Of a stretch of DNA of 64,000 bases, positions 36,401 to 48,875 are shown piece by piece; the stretch's first letter is position 1; every line of letters begins with the position of its first letter. The notes under the pieces are model-generated. The model did not search any database. It was not told the origin of the DNA and saw only the letters and a list, made by a program, of their open reading frames with translations. The stretch covers positions 10,863,656 through 10,927,655 of the forward strand of contig CM082583.2 of the NCBI GenBank assembly GCA_040954595.2, read 5' to 3'. Both the position numbers and the translations under genes were made by a program. Source of the DNA: Balanoglossus misakiensis. Lineage: Eukaryota; Animalia; Hemichordata.

Positions 36401-39176
36401 ACGTACTTGTTATCATAAATCAGCCACAGGGATGATTCACATACACTGAGGCCTTAAACGTGTGAAGTTTTATTTGACACGCTCGACGAATTTCCCCAGG
36501 TGTATATGAAGTATGGCAAAGAGTTGTGTATTGTCGTAACAAATGTGAACCAGATGGACACCGAATACTGCCACGTCAAGACCACGCCCCTCATGCCGAT
36601 CAGACTTGCTGTGCGCATGTCTGTTTCAATACCAGGTGCGTCACTCTTCATGTCATTTCCAGGCCAACCCGGCACACAATTCAAATTTGATGTCATTATC
36701 CATTAACGATAGTGCCATTATTTGCTAATGTCCAGCAATTATTAAGTTATAAAAATATAAACCTGTTGTACCCTTACCTCTTGTAATAACACTATAGAAT
36801 AATATCCGTGTAATATCATTCAACCAAATATTGTCTGACATTAACGAGGATTATATTTAACATTACTAATGACTTCTTCCCGATTTTATTTCTAGGCATG
36901 TACGAGCCAGTTAAATATTATGCTGGTGCCAATACGGACCTGTATATCGATGGTGGATTACTGGTGAACTTTCCAATCCACTGCTATGACGGTGTGTTTA
37001 TCTTTTAGCATACATTATAATTATCAATTCCGCGTGGGAGATCTATCGTCACAAAAATGTAACAGTATGTAAAATGTATTTTTAGTTGACAATTACTCTT
37101 CAATAAGAACCTAACCAATCTTTCATTATACTGAACTTGTAGGTTGGTGGCTCTCCTTGAAACCGGAAGATGCATACATGAGAAAACTGACCGAACTTTG
37201 TTCACTCAGAAAAATATGGGATAAAAGGGAGCGATTTGGAGAATACAACGACAAGACCATCGGCATTTTGGTGGTAAGGCAAATGCAACATTTGATAACA
37301 TATACAGCTTACCCAGGAATGACTTCTACCATAAAATTCACTTCCGTGCCGTTTCAGTGGATCCCATTTTCACGTCTGTTGGCCTAGAAGCAAAATGAGA
37401 AGTCAACATGGATCATTTGACCATGAAAACAGTGGCCATATTATTATGTTGCTATTTCTTTCTTCAGTACACTGGCGAAGACCATGAAATTAACGAACAC
37501 CAAATGAACGACAGAAGGGCTACTTACGAAGACATCGATGGGGAACTTGCAAGACCTGAGACCAAACTACTTCAGTGAGTAATCAAGCACACTCCCTGTC
37601 ATAGCGGGACTGTGAATCGAGCAACTTCTTCCACAAAGACAGAGACGACACTGAGAATATGTGCGCTACTGGTTATATCATAGCTGAGCATTCCTGGTGT
37701 GCGCATATCAATGGTGCTCAAAACACTGGTCCAGGTGTGATGTTTGCTTTGATTTATCCCCCCTGCGCACATCTGCTTAGGCTAAAATGTCACAGACATG
37801 GTTTCCAACACACCTGGCCAGTTTCCTACGATATGATTGGTCAAAGAAATGTCACGCGGTGTGTGTCATTTTCGCCTACACACACAATGCGCGTGTCAGC
37901 GTTTAACATACGTCAAACTGGTACTTGAAAAATATTTAACGATAGCTGTCTCTTTGAGATTGTGTTGAAAGTATTTTTATAATTACGCAGAAAAAAGAAG
38001 AAGAAAAATCGTCTGAAGGAGAACGCCCAAGTGGAGTATGCGGAGACCTATGGCGCCATGTCACGTTTTGTGAAGGTGTTAGCAGCAGGCGATTTAGATA
38101 AGAGCGCCACCATCGATAGGAGTGAATTGGAACAAGTCTTCAAACATGTAAGCAAGACAGTCGTGTTCAAATATTAAACCTTGGCCTATAACACTAATAA
38201 TTTAAACATGAACGTGTAACTCCAACAAGCATCTTAATAATGGTTGTATTTGAATTTCAGCAAAGCATTTTCACAGAACAAGATGCAAAGACGATATTTG
38301 GTGAAGATTATACGATAGGGAGTGTTTTCAAAAAATTGGACAAAGACGGAGATGGAGAGGTTTGTTGTTCATTTTTATTTCATTCTGAACTGCATGGTAA
38401 TTAGGCTCTGGGTTTTATTAAACGTCAAACAGTATTCATGACTACTGGTGGTGTTTACTGTCGGTAATCGTTTTGGGCAACGTAATCTGTTTGTCGCTGC
38501 AGATCAGCATGTTGGAGTTGATACAGTTCGCCGAAGAACGAGGAGTGAGACTTTGGAGTATGTTTGCTGGTTATGACAGATACGAAGTGAACAATGTCGG
38601 AGACTATCTGACCGCGGTGCAAGAAACTGTTCTCACAAATGTCAAGAGACTCTACAACGAAGTAAGAACATTATTTTTCATTGCATTGGAACGCGATTTT
38701 TATTGTTTGTTTGTTTGTTTGTTTGTTTGTTTGTTTGTTTGTTTGTTTGTTTGTTTGTTTGTGTCAACGGTAACAACGTACGTCTTTGTGAACTTATTAT
38801 CAAAGGAGCGTGATCTAGATCGAACCGTCGCCATTTATCTTGACTATATCGAAGGAGGTGATTTTTACATGGAAGAGGCCGACAAGATCTTTGCAGTTAA
38901 GGTAATCCATGAACTTGTTCCGTTTGCTGATAAAAATTTATTTTACACCGGTATCCAAGAAGGGGAAAACAGATGTGTTTGTCCTGTGTCACATGAGAAT
39001 GTCCCCTATCCACGCGAGATCTCAAAGGGTCTCGCGGAATTCGGAAAATTGTCTATTACCATCACCATCCATATTTTCTCTCTCTTTAACAGCAAGGTGC
39101 CAGAGCGATGATAACATACCTGAAACACTATGTTCAAAAGTTTAACCCTCCTTTGAAGAAAGACGCCGGTGACTAA
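33465..39176 (+). CDS. Patatin-like phospholipase (ExoU/VipD-like) with inserted EF-hand pair, paralogue 2, 12 exons, 504 aa
   Basis: Exons 33465-33629, 35698-35845, 36021-36157, 36500-36635, 36896-36991, 37143-37273, 37468-37574, 37991-38147, 38261-38359, 38503-38661, 38806-38901, 39093-39176 (1515 nt). Exons 1-11 have the same lengths as in paralogue 1. Motifs GGGAKG, GTSIG, YIDGG; EF loops DLDKSATIDRSE and DKDGDGEISMLE. Confidence 0.93.
33956..34049. mobile_element. Possible short MITE (piggyBac-like ends) in intron 1 of paralogue 2
   Basis: Imperfect terminal inverted repeats CTACCCCTTTCACC ... GGTTAAAGGGTTAA around a ~70-bp core; the right end finishes in GGG-TTAA. Single copy in the window. 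Confidence 0.4.
38703..38761. repeat. (TTTG)n microsatellite in intron 10 of paralogue 2
   Basis: ttgtttgtttgtttg..., ~14 units. Confidence 0.97.
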
Positions 39177-39969
39177 AAAGAAAATGTCAACGAGAATACA
39201 CCAAACGTGACTAGTTGTAAGATGTTGAAGGAAATAATGATAAAGACCAGAGTCATTTGTGCATCCAGGAAACCTTATGTAATTCTCTTGTTCCATTGCA
39301 CATCTCCACCCACGTGACATATCGTCAGAAAAGTGGAATCACTTCTGGGGGTTTTCATTCCTCGTGATTATACGGAGTCCTTTGAACTCAAAGTACCAAA
39401 GAAAAAGTCTTTCAACTTAAAGTAGATCAAAAATCAAGATATATACAGTACAGTTAAACCTTTTACCATAAGTATGTCAGTAAAATTCGAGACCAGCTGC
39501 TTGAGTTCAACAAAAGTACTGGTCAATATTTGAGTTAAGATTTTAAAAAAAATATTAAATGAGTATTTGACAAACACAAGTGTTAAAACTTTGAGTACAT
39601 TGTTCTTTTTATTCCAATCATGACAAGATACCAAACGTATCTTTGCAGCTAAGTGATTTAAAGACAACGAAATTAAAGAGAGCACATCTTCAACAACACT
39701 TGTTGTTTCGTCGGGGTTCGTATAAACTTGAATATCGAAAACGTTTACACAATTTCTTAAATAAAAGTCAGTCAAGATGAAATCAAATAATCTAATTCAC
39801 TGTCTCATAATGACATGTCAATCTAATATTATATAATGATGTGTATATATGGCACAAACTATCGGCGAAAATGAGTTGCAAGACTTCTGGGCGAGTAACT
39901 ACCTGTCAGACATAAACACAGTCAATTGACAGTGTCACCCTCTCGATCAATAGTATCTAGTAGACGGAC

Positions 39970-41582
39970 TTATTCAAAACTGTAGTTTGTGTGTCCCTTT
40001 TCTGTTGCATCAATGTGTCCATTGAATTCTTCTGGTTGTGTTTGTGTAGTTTTACTGAAGTTTTCATTTGCCATTTTCATTTCGGAGTTGACGACACTAA
40101 ATTCAAATTCTTCAACGTCGTCATCGTGGACGGCTTTTCCGTCATCGCAACGAGTGCAGTGTCCGAATCTGCGCAGGAGTCTGAAGGAGATGATTATGAC
40201 GAGTAACTCGACTGACATGATTGGTCCGTACAAAGACGGGATGATCTGCATCAGAGTCCGCTGATAGGTCGGCGGAAATGACGTGTTGATGACGTTCAGT
40301 GCCAGAGCGACGTTCTGACAGCCGGTTTCCAGGCAGATAGTGCGTCGATTGGAGCAGGGTTGGCAAATCATGCTGGACGCCACGAAACCGACGGTGGTGC
40401 CGATGATTGGCAAGCATGCTACCAGCACCCAGATTTCCCACGAATTTAGAAAGATGCCAGGTTCGATGTACGCTCGCAGACCCACGCCAGTTAGTATGGT
40501 GATGGTGCCAACCACAGAGCAAATCTGTAAAATCCGAAGAACTTTAAATTATTGTAAAAGTATGAAAACAAAAAAACAACCACCTGTAAATTTTGCAAAT
40601 TGGATGGGACCTTTTTGCTGGCAAATGGTTGTGAAGGGATTAGCATGGACCGACCCACCTTTGAAATACGCTCGATGTACTTAGGTAGCTTGTATTTCAA
40701 CAAGAGACCAAAGGCTGCTGGGACGACGATGAAGACAAGTGAAATAATCACATTGACGTATGGTATTGTGATATCAGCAGAGTCAGTCCATGTCCGCCCA
40801 TACAGGTACAAATTCAGAGGCATGAACCCCACTGCAAGCAGTGTGCACACTGACGTCAGACAAACACTGGAATGAAAAGTACACACATAAGAAAGGAGAC
40901 ACACAAATACTGAAACGGTGGCAGGCAAATATCGAAACAATAAAATAGGCACATGAAAGCAAAGGAAGATGCCAGGCAAACGCCGAAATGGCAAAAATAA
41001 ACAAACAGAAAGAATGTGATGAGTTTTATAGTCAACACGTTCTCTGCAACGTGAGAAATTTTTGTAACATTTGTATCGTTATCAATGATCCAAATATGCA
41101 ATTTCTGGGAGGAATAAATATGTGGAGTTTTGCTTGTTATTTCAGTTTAAATCTTACAAGTCGACATTTCAGTTTTTTTTATATGATAACAAAGGTAGGC
41201 CTTACCTTAGGGAGATGTTCCCGTCGGCGAAATACGACAACATATTTGAAATGCTACCACCAGGTGAACTGCACTGTATCAAGAGTCCAATAGCGTAGGC
41301 TGGCTGCATGTTGGACACCAGCCCCAGCCCGAAAGCAATGAGAGGCATGACGGCAAACTGAGTGAGAGCGCAGATGATGATGCCCCACGGTCGGCGAATG
41401 CTCGTCTTAATACCGGGGATGTCGGTGACTCCCCCCATGCCGATCATGATGACGATGACCGTGAAATAGTTCAAGTACTGGTCGATCCTCATCAGCGTCA
41501 AGATGTCAGAAGGAACTCCGTCGTCCGTTGAATTGGTGCCGTTCGGCGAGATGCTGGTCGCTTCATCGGCGAAAAATGACAT
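39970..41582 (-). CDS. SLC10 sodium/bile acid cotransporter (ASBT/NTCP-like), copy A, 3 exons, 379 aa
   Basis: Exons 41582-41206, 40866-40659 and 40524-39970 (1140 nt), GT-AG introns. Motifs QFAVMP, CSSPGGSISN, GNISLS, ICLETGCQNVALA; N-terminal sequons NGT/NST. Confidence 0.93.
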
Positions 41583-44240
41583 GGTGTTTGCCGTCGTAGT
41601 ACGTAGAAACAACAACACTATAAACACGTTCACAATTTTTGTCAACAGAATACGACGGACCGTGGATTTGGTTTTCAATATTTTTTGTTCGGTCTCTGGG
41701 CTCTCAGCAACAACTAAATCAGAGTCTTTGGTTTGCGCTCTTTATATTCTCACCAAAGTTCCCGTCCCTTGAAACTTAAATTAACTTGTTGTTTAAACTC
41801 CATACGTCACAGAAAGGGGAAGAGAACATTAGCACCTATACATCTCTTTAATCCCGGATTCTTAATGGTTGTTTCGCGGTGTACATGTAATAAAGTGGTG
41901 TGTAAGTCAAATACCAATCCAAACACTCGTTAAATACATGCGATTTAAATGAGTGATATTAAGCTCTGGAGTACAGGCGTCTGATTCCTCGCCCCCCCCC
42001 CCCCACGTTACCAATACTTCACAATAAAGGCGTTATGCCACAAAATCCCGCACGCCAGAAGTTCGTGTGAAACTGGTATCTGATCGACTATATGGCGTCA
42101 GCAATATCGCATTCTTATTAGATGGAAATATTTTACGTCGCCCAGATAGATTTATCGCGGCTTGTTGTTATGCATATCTCGTGCTATAAACAAACATCAA
42201 CATGCGAGACACAGCCATAGTCTATAAAAGCTGGCCGATAACACATTAGCATAACTACTGTAAGGACACCCCTAAAGCACAGATAACTGTGAAAAAAACA
42301 TCTTCATGCACATGTTGCACTGTACGCCACGTGTTTGGAATTGTGTGAACCACGTGAATAACGTGTAACTATACGCTTTTGACGAAAAGAACCGGTAGAT
42401 TTCCTAATGTTTATCCACGGTCACCCGTGGTTTATCATGGAACCTCGTGGTTGTCTCAGTTAGACTGACATGATATCAGACAATTTATGCGTCTGCGTCA
42501 CTCTCCCCGGCTACGTTATTCACACACTACTGTGAAAAAATAATTGACATAAAAATCATTCGGTTGGTTCCACGACTGCCGCCGTACTGATACCGTTCAA
42601 CTAAATCTACATCAAGACAAGAAATGTTCTCATTTGAACACTGACCTGTTCACTGTCACTAAAGCCTGGGAAGGGGTTGAATTTAAACTGCCACGTGGTT
42701 GACGGGTGTATTTGCATGTGTGTTATTTGCATGTTCTAGATGCTGACACCTGTTGTTCACAACTTCAGTGCAAGCGCCGCATCTGTTGTTTGTGATCGAT
42801 TGCACCACATTGTAAGAACACAGTGACTATTTTGCCGTTGCCACAGAGTTAATCCTGTGCTGGCCAATACTGGCTAAGTGCGAGCCTCGTACCAGAATCA
42901 ACAGCTACAAGCAATGAGTAAAATACATTTTGAAGTCAATGTCTCCTTCACGAAAAGTTAGCCAATGTACATGTTCATCTGATAATAACAGGCAGTAAGG
43001 GAAGGGTCTTTGTCGAAAATCAAACAGTACAAGCAAAGAATAATCAGATAGGTATTCTTTTCCAAATAGATTTATTTTCTCTTTTGCTTTTGAACGTCAA
43101 AAGCGCTTTGTCATATGTCAGTTCAAGTTTCTAACGTGGCAGTTAACTTCAGTTCTTGAATGCAATCTTGTTTAATGGCTACACGTTTTATCAACCAGAT
43201 CAGAAAGCAATTTTTGAGAGCCCTTCAGCTTTCTATTTTTACAATCTTTAGGTCAGCTGACGACAATTTCTCTTTCATTCGCTTATCGGGTACATCAACA
43301 AGTCCGATAAAGCCGTTTGGACTTTGCCTCAGATTGACGATATTGGCAACTGGTTTATGGTATGAGTCGGGACATCACGTGACCTCTCCACGCAACCAGT
43401 AAGTATGTACACTTGAGCACAACTTCAAATGGAAAGCTGAACACACGCCTGCGGATTTCAATAACTGGTAAGTTTGTTTTGTATGTCTGTAATGTAATTT
43501 ACCAAGTCTCACGAGATCTCGCAATACCGGACATCACAACACAAACTGCCTTAATACGTTTTTATTTCACACTATGAGAACACATTCTTGACAAACCCGG
43601 ACAAGAAGCCGTCATCTTTTAACAATAACGAAATTGCGTTTTTGCAAAATGATCTTCCCAGAAACCACCCACTTCATACATTACAAGGTGTCGTGATCAG
43701 AGTCTTCATCGAGCGTAAACTATTTGTAAATAATTACAACTTGAATGTCTTTAGGTCATATCAAATCCCCTTCATGAACATGACTGTGGTCATACCCACA
43801 TTTCGTTGTATACACGTTGCCAATCAACGGTAAATTGTAAATGTTAAAAGTATATTCTATCGCAATGTTACACCTGTAATTTCTATAAGAAACACGCGGA
43901 CAAATACTAGTAATGGCTAAATATCAAACAATGGTTATATACAAGAGAAACAGTCTCGTGAGATTAGATTCAAATCACAGTCTATTTATTTTATTCTGGT
44001 TTGATTTATATGCCGATATTAAGCGACCGAGAGTACCCATAGAAAAATATTACGAGATAAAAAAAAAACAAAAATAACTTATAAAGTAAATTTCTTTTAT
44101 GAACCCCGCTGTGCATTTACATAATTTGCCAGACAATTGAATTTCACAACTCGGACACCTTTGTATGATCGACATAGTCTTATTTGTTAAAGTTAATCTT
44201 TATACTGCAACTGTTGAGCACTCAAAAAAGTTGCTCATCT

Positions 44241-45795
44241 TCAATCTTTAATATCTGCTTGTGAAGACTGATCTTTCACGTCATTGTCGTAGGCGAGGTT
44301 TGTTTGCCCGCCACTGGACCCGTTCTCCAGTGCCTGCTTTCTCTTCTCCAGATCAGCGTCTGACGAAAACTGTCCGGGCGACACCACGTTGCTGGCGCCC
44401 GGTTGCTTAGAGTCCTTGACGTCCACCATTTCCGCTTCGTCGTCCTCTACAGTATCGCCATACTCGCAGACCTTACAGCGTCCTGCTTTGTACAGAGCCC
44501 TGTAGACGGCGATGAAAATCATCAGTTCGATGGCCATGATTGGTCCGTAGAGCGACGGAAGCACCAACATCTCGGCGCGCAGAACACCCGCAGGAAATGA
44601 CGTATTGATGACGGACAGAGCCAAGGCTACGTTCTGACACCCGGTTTCTATGGCGATGGTGCGTCTGCTGGAGCAGGGCAAGCGGATGATACTGGAACTG
44701 GCGAAGCCAACCCCTGCCGCAAAGAGGGGCAGAAGAGCGGAGATGACCCAGATTTCCCAAGATGAGATGTAGACGTCAGGTTTGACGTAAGCTCGCAGTC
44801 CGATGCTGATCAGAAGTCCGGTCATTCCTACCAGAGCACATATCTGGACAGCGAATAAAAGTAAGGAAAGATGATGCATATTGCTTACATGTATCAGTGG
44901 TGAGAATCACCATGTACCGATGATCAAAACATTGACGTAGACATGGATATATTCCAATTTGCGATATCCCTCAAACAGAAAATAATCATATGTCCTCACT
45001 TACATTTGATATAATGCCGATGTATTTAGGTAACAACCATTTTAAGAAAAAACCCAAGGCGCCGGGAACGAGGATCATAACGAGCGAGAGGATCACAATC
45101 AGATAGGGTACAGTGAATGCAGCCTCCGCCGTCCAACTCCGTCCATATATGAATAAACACAGCGGCATAGCACCAACAGCCAAGATTGTAGAACACGTGG
45201 TCAGACACACGCTACATCAAGAAATACAAGAAAGAGTTTGGATCATACTTACATTGAATAAAAAGATGTATGCAGCCCTTTTCACTATGTCTATATGGTT
45301 AAATTTAATTTGAATGAGTGAGTCTATTTCTCTCTCTGTCTCTCTGTTCCCCTCTCTCCGTTCTGAGTAATGTGGTTCGTTCAGGCGACAAAACATGCCT
45401 ATGTCTGGTTCTTACCTGAGCGAGACGTTGCCTCTTGCGTAGAAAGCAAAGACATTGGACATGCTACCCCCTGGGGAGCTACACTGAACGATCAATCCGA
45501 TGGCATAAGCTGCGGGCAAGCTGGTGGCATGGGCCACTCCGAAAGCCAAAAGTGGCATGATGACAAACTGTGACAACCAGCAGATCAAAATGCCCCACGG
45601 TCGACGCAGGGCTTTCTTGAGTTCGGAGACTTCCGTGGCTCCACCCATACCGATCATGATGAGGACGATGACTACATAGATCAGGTACTGATCGGCCTGC
45701 TGTACCCTGAGTAGATGTGGTGGAAGTTCATTTGGGTCCACGGTCGTCGCGTTGCTGAACGCGGTTGTCATCTCCGCTGCTACCGTCGTCGCCAT
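44241..45795 (-). CDS. SLC10 sodium/bile acid cotransporter, copy B, 3 exons, 396 aa
   Basis: Exons 45795-45416, 45211-45004 and 44843-44241 (1191 nt). Motifs QFVIMP, CSSPGGSMSN, IAIETGCQNVALA. Confidence 0.94.
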
Positions 45796-45986
45796 GTCGA
45801 GAGACTGAAGGCTGCTGAAAACGAAATTCTGATTACTGACGATAGTCTCGCCTCTCCCACACTAACCGCAGTCGCCCGTCTCCTCAACTTCACAATCAAC
45901 AATGACGAGTTCCCGTAACACCCCACCCACACTCGTCCACTAAGACTTTCTACAGAAAATGGAGTTATCCGCTCGAAATGTCCACA

Positions 45987-46085
45987 TTTATATCCAAGAG
46001 GCAATAAATCCTTCCACTATTGCCATGACTCTTGATATGAAGTCTCTAAACATGTCACTCTCTAGTCGTGACAACTGCCATTGGC
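45987..46085 (-). promoter_or_regulatory. Candidate TATA box and CCAAT box upstream of SLC10 copy B
   Basis: Minus-strand ATATAAA at 45993-45987, about 190 bp before the ATG, and CCAAT at 46085-46081. Confidence 0.35.
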
Positions 46086-48875
46086 GAATCAGCAACTTGC
46101 GCAAGGCGCTAGCTTTACACAAATCCCACCAACCAATCCTCATCCACTCTTTCTTCAAATTTATTAAGAGAAAAAAATCCCCGTGGTTTCACCTTTCCCC
46201 TCCTTTCACTTCAGAACTCAAAAAGAGGACAACGATCGACCTTTTTGCGACGCAACGTGGATCCACCAAATGCAGGTCAAGGTAGTTCTGTAGCGTTCAC
46301 TTCTACTGAAAAGAGATTGATCTATTTTGATACAACTGCGCAACTTGGAGTGATTTGATGACAGAGAGTCAGGTAACTTTGACGCCTTTTGTGGATGTGT
46401 CGTTCCAGACTAGCGGTCTGTCGTCAGGAAAATCACCCGCGTAGAGAAGGTCGAGTAAAAGTTCTCTTATAGCAAGTTTCAAGCAGTTTAAATGCCTTTT
46501 TTTAAATATATCACACGACAAAGATATTTTGACCAACAAGTTGGCATAGTTGGGCTGGTTAACTAGCCGACACTCTCATGTCATTTCCTGCAGATATGCT
46601 GTGGGTGCGAGACAAGCATGTTGGCCATGATATACCTGTTGAGTGTTCCATGCTTAATAAACCTTATGAACAGGATCCGTTTTCATATCTACCTTTAATC
46701 TCTACCTTTATATTTAACAAGATATATTAGTACAGTCAGAAGATATTGCCGTATACATGTATTGCTCTAAAAGGGTTGCCATTTCCTTAAACCATAATGT
46801 CTCAGCGATAGTCGTCTTGAAACAAATTTGAAATTTAGTTCTTGAAGTCAAAGTACAAGAGCAATGACTTTTCGAGTTTCACGACAATTTACATTGGTTC
46901 GTGAGAGAAATAAGTTGAAGTTCAACACTTGAATCCATCTGAATCCAACCATGCTTGTGGAAATAGTATCGTATCTTGGATTTCACAATTTCTTGCGCGT
47001 ACTGCGTCTTTGACAGTTTGCCATGAACAAGAACAACTTGAACAATTTCTAGACGAAATCATAAATAGCCAAAATATATCAACCGACTGCCGCTTCGTTC
47101 TCATTTAGAAGTTAAGCCACAAGGCCGCATTATTTTGTTGTCATATTTGCTAAGCGTTAATTGTGCGGTTCTTTCAGTAGAAAGTGGACTTTATCACCAC
47201 TCACCCACAAAACTAACTCAAGGAATCAAGAGTTTGACAGCACCTGTATTAACGCGTGATTTATTAAAACCAAGGTTAAAGTATAGTGAAGCTTCGTCCC
47301 CATGAAAAAAATCAAAGTAGATTTTTGTATAAGTCTGCTGATGGTGAATGTTTAAACGAACAATTAAAACTTTGGCAAAGCCAAGGAAAAGAAACACGCA
47401 ATTTAATTTCTGACATAAATTTTCGGGGAGACATCGTTTTTGTCATGCAGGTCTTCTAGCTGTTCTGGTGTTCTTGACAAGTCGGTCGGTCAAGAATTTC
47501 GTTTCTCCAGGTACTTTCATGTAGCTGGCCGCAACGATCACGTCTCCGAGGTAAAACTGTCACTCTCATAACTGATGAGTGTTTGTACTTCTAAAACGGA
47601 CAATGGTTGACAAGCAGACTCGCCCAACACAACCGACTTACCGGCTTTTTTATTGGACACGGCAATATACCTGGACGCTTTCACAACACCCACTTGGAGA
47701 TAATCCCTGACCGGGTTCCCTTTCTCGGTGTCACTTAGCAAACAACAAACACATTCTCCTGGCGTTATATATGACATTAGTTGATAGATTTTTGATAAGA
47801 TAGCCAGCGGCATTCCGAAGCTGAACTTTCATGGTCGTTGGGTTACTTTGACCGAAATGTCGATGTGAAGTGCTTGGTGACAACTACTGCATGATTTCTC
47901 AACTTTCAACTGAGAAAGTTTTTTTTTAAATACAGTACTGTGATTTATAGAAAGATTATGTCCAACTTGACTTGGACTGAATCAGAGTCTTTCAAAAGGA
48001 AGTGTTTTTGCCTCCTGACAGGGAGTCCCAGAAAGAGGAGAGAGAGAGAGAGAGGGGGGGGGGAATTCAACAATAGAATCAGAGTGGTCTGTGTGAGACA
48101 GCAAATATTTTAGATCCACGTCACTTCGGGCACTCTTTGTGCCCGCTAGAACGCCCGCCAGAGTCGGCCATTAGTTTAGTAGTTGGAACCTGGGACTACT
48201 ATACCTTACGGTGTAGTATCATAAACTGTTCGCATCATACATAAATACAGCATGTATACATGGGTAGTCAGGATTGGGTTTAATTGAAGATAAAATCTAA
48301 ATTAAATTGTAAACAATAGATCTGTTTCACACATACATCCCACGTGGACAGACCTATATACTACTGGTCATTTGGACATGCTGTGTGTGGCAGCGTAGGA
48401 CAATAATAAGTAGGAAAATGCCAGATCAAAATTCTTCTCTTTGTCAGGTGGTAGCTTGGTATCTTGGTAATGAATTGTACTTTCTAAAACGAGTCTAAAA
48501 CAGCAATCGTTAAATTAAAGTAGAAACTGAGTTTCGCCATAAATTATGTGAAGTGGTACTGAGCAATTCGCAAACATCGAAGTCAAGAAAGAAAGTAATT
48601 CGTGATGGTTGGGGGATCGGCTTAGTTGAAGAGAGAATGCCACAGCTGCTGTTCCTACGAACTGAACACCTCCCACCTGTCAAGACAAGAATAGTCACAT
48701 GACTTTCGATTGTTCGAACAGATCAACGTAGGACCAATGATATGTGTACAGTTTCTACAATCATTTGATTGACATGTCTGGGAAGACAAAGGTCTGCGCC
48801 GGTTATCAACTTGGCTCAAAGAGTGCCTCTGGTCCGTTTGTGAATGAGGATTATGATGGGAATACTTCTAACCGA

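Noticed and set aside
28176-39176. Bacterial contamination, recent HGT or a CBASS operon
   Set aside because: Each copy has 11 spliceosomal introns at shared positions, animal genes flank them, and no cyclase is nearby. Any transfer would be ancient.
41583-41678. N-terminal extensions in the ORF track for SLC10 A (also C 51021-51101 and D 54298-54360)
   Set aside because: They begin at TTG/GTG. The first ATGs give N-termini of comparable length across all copies.
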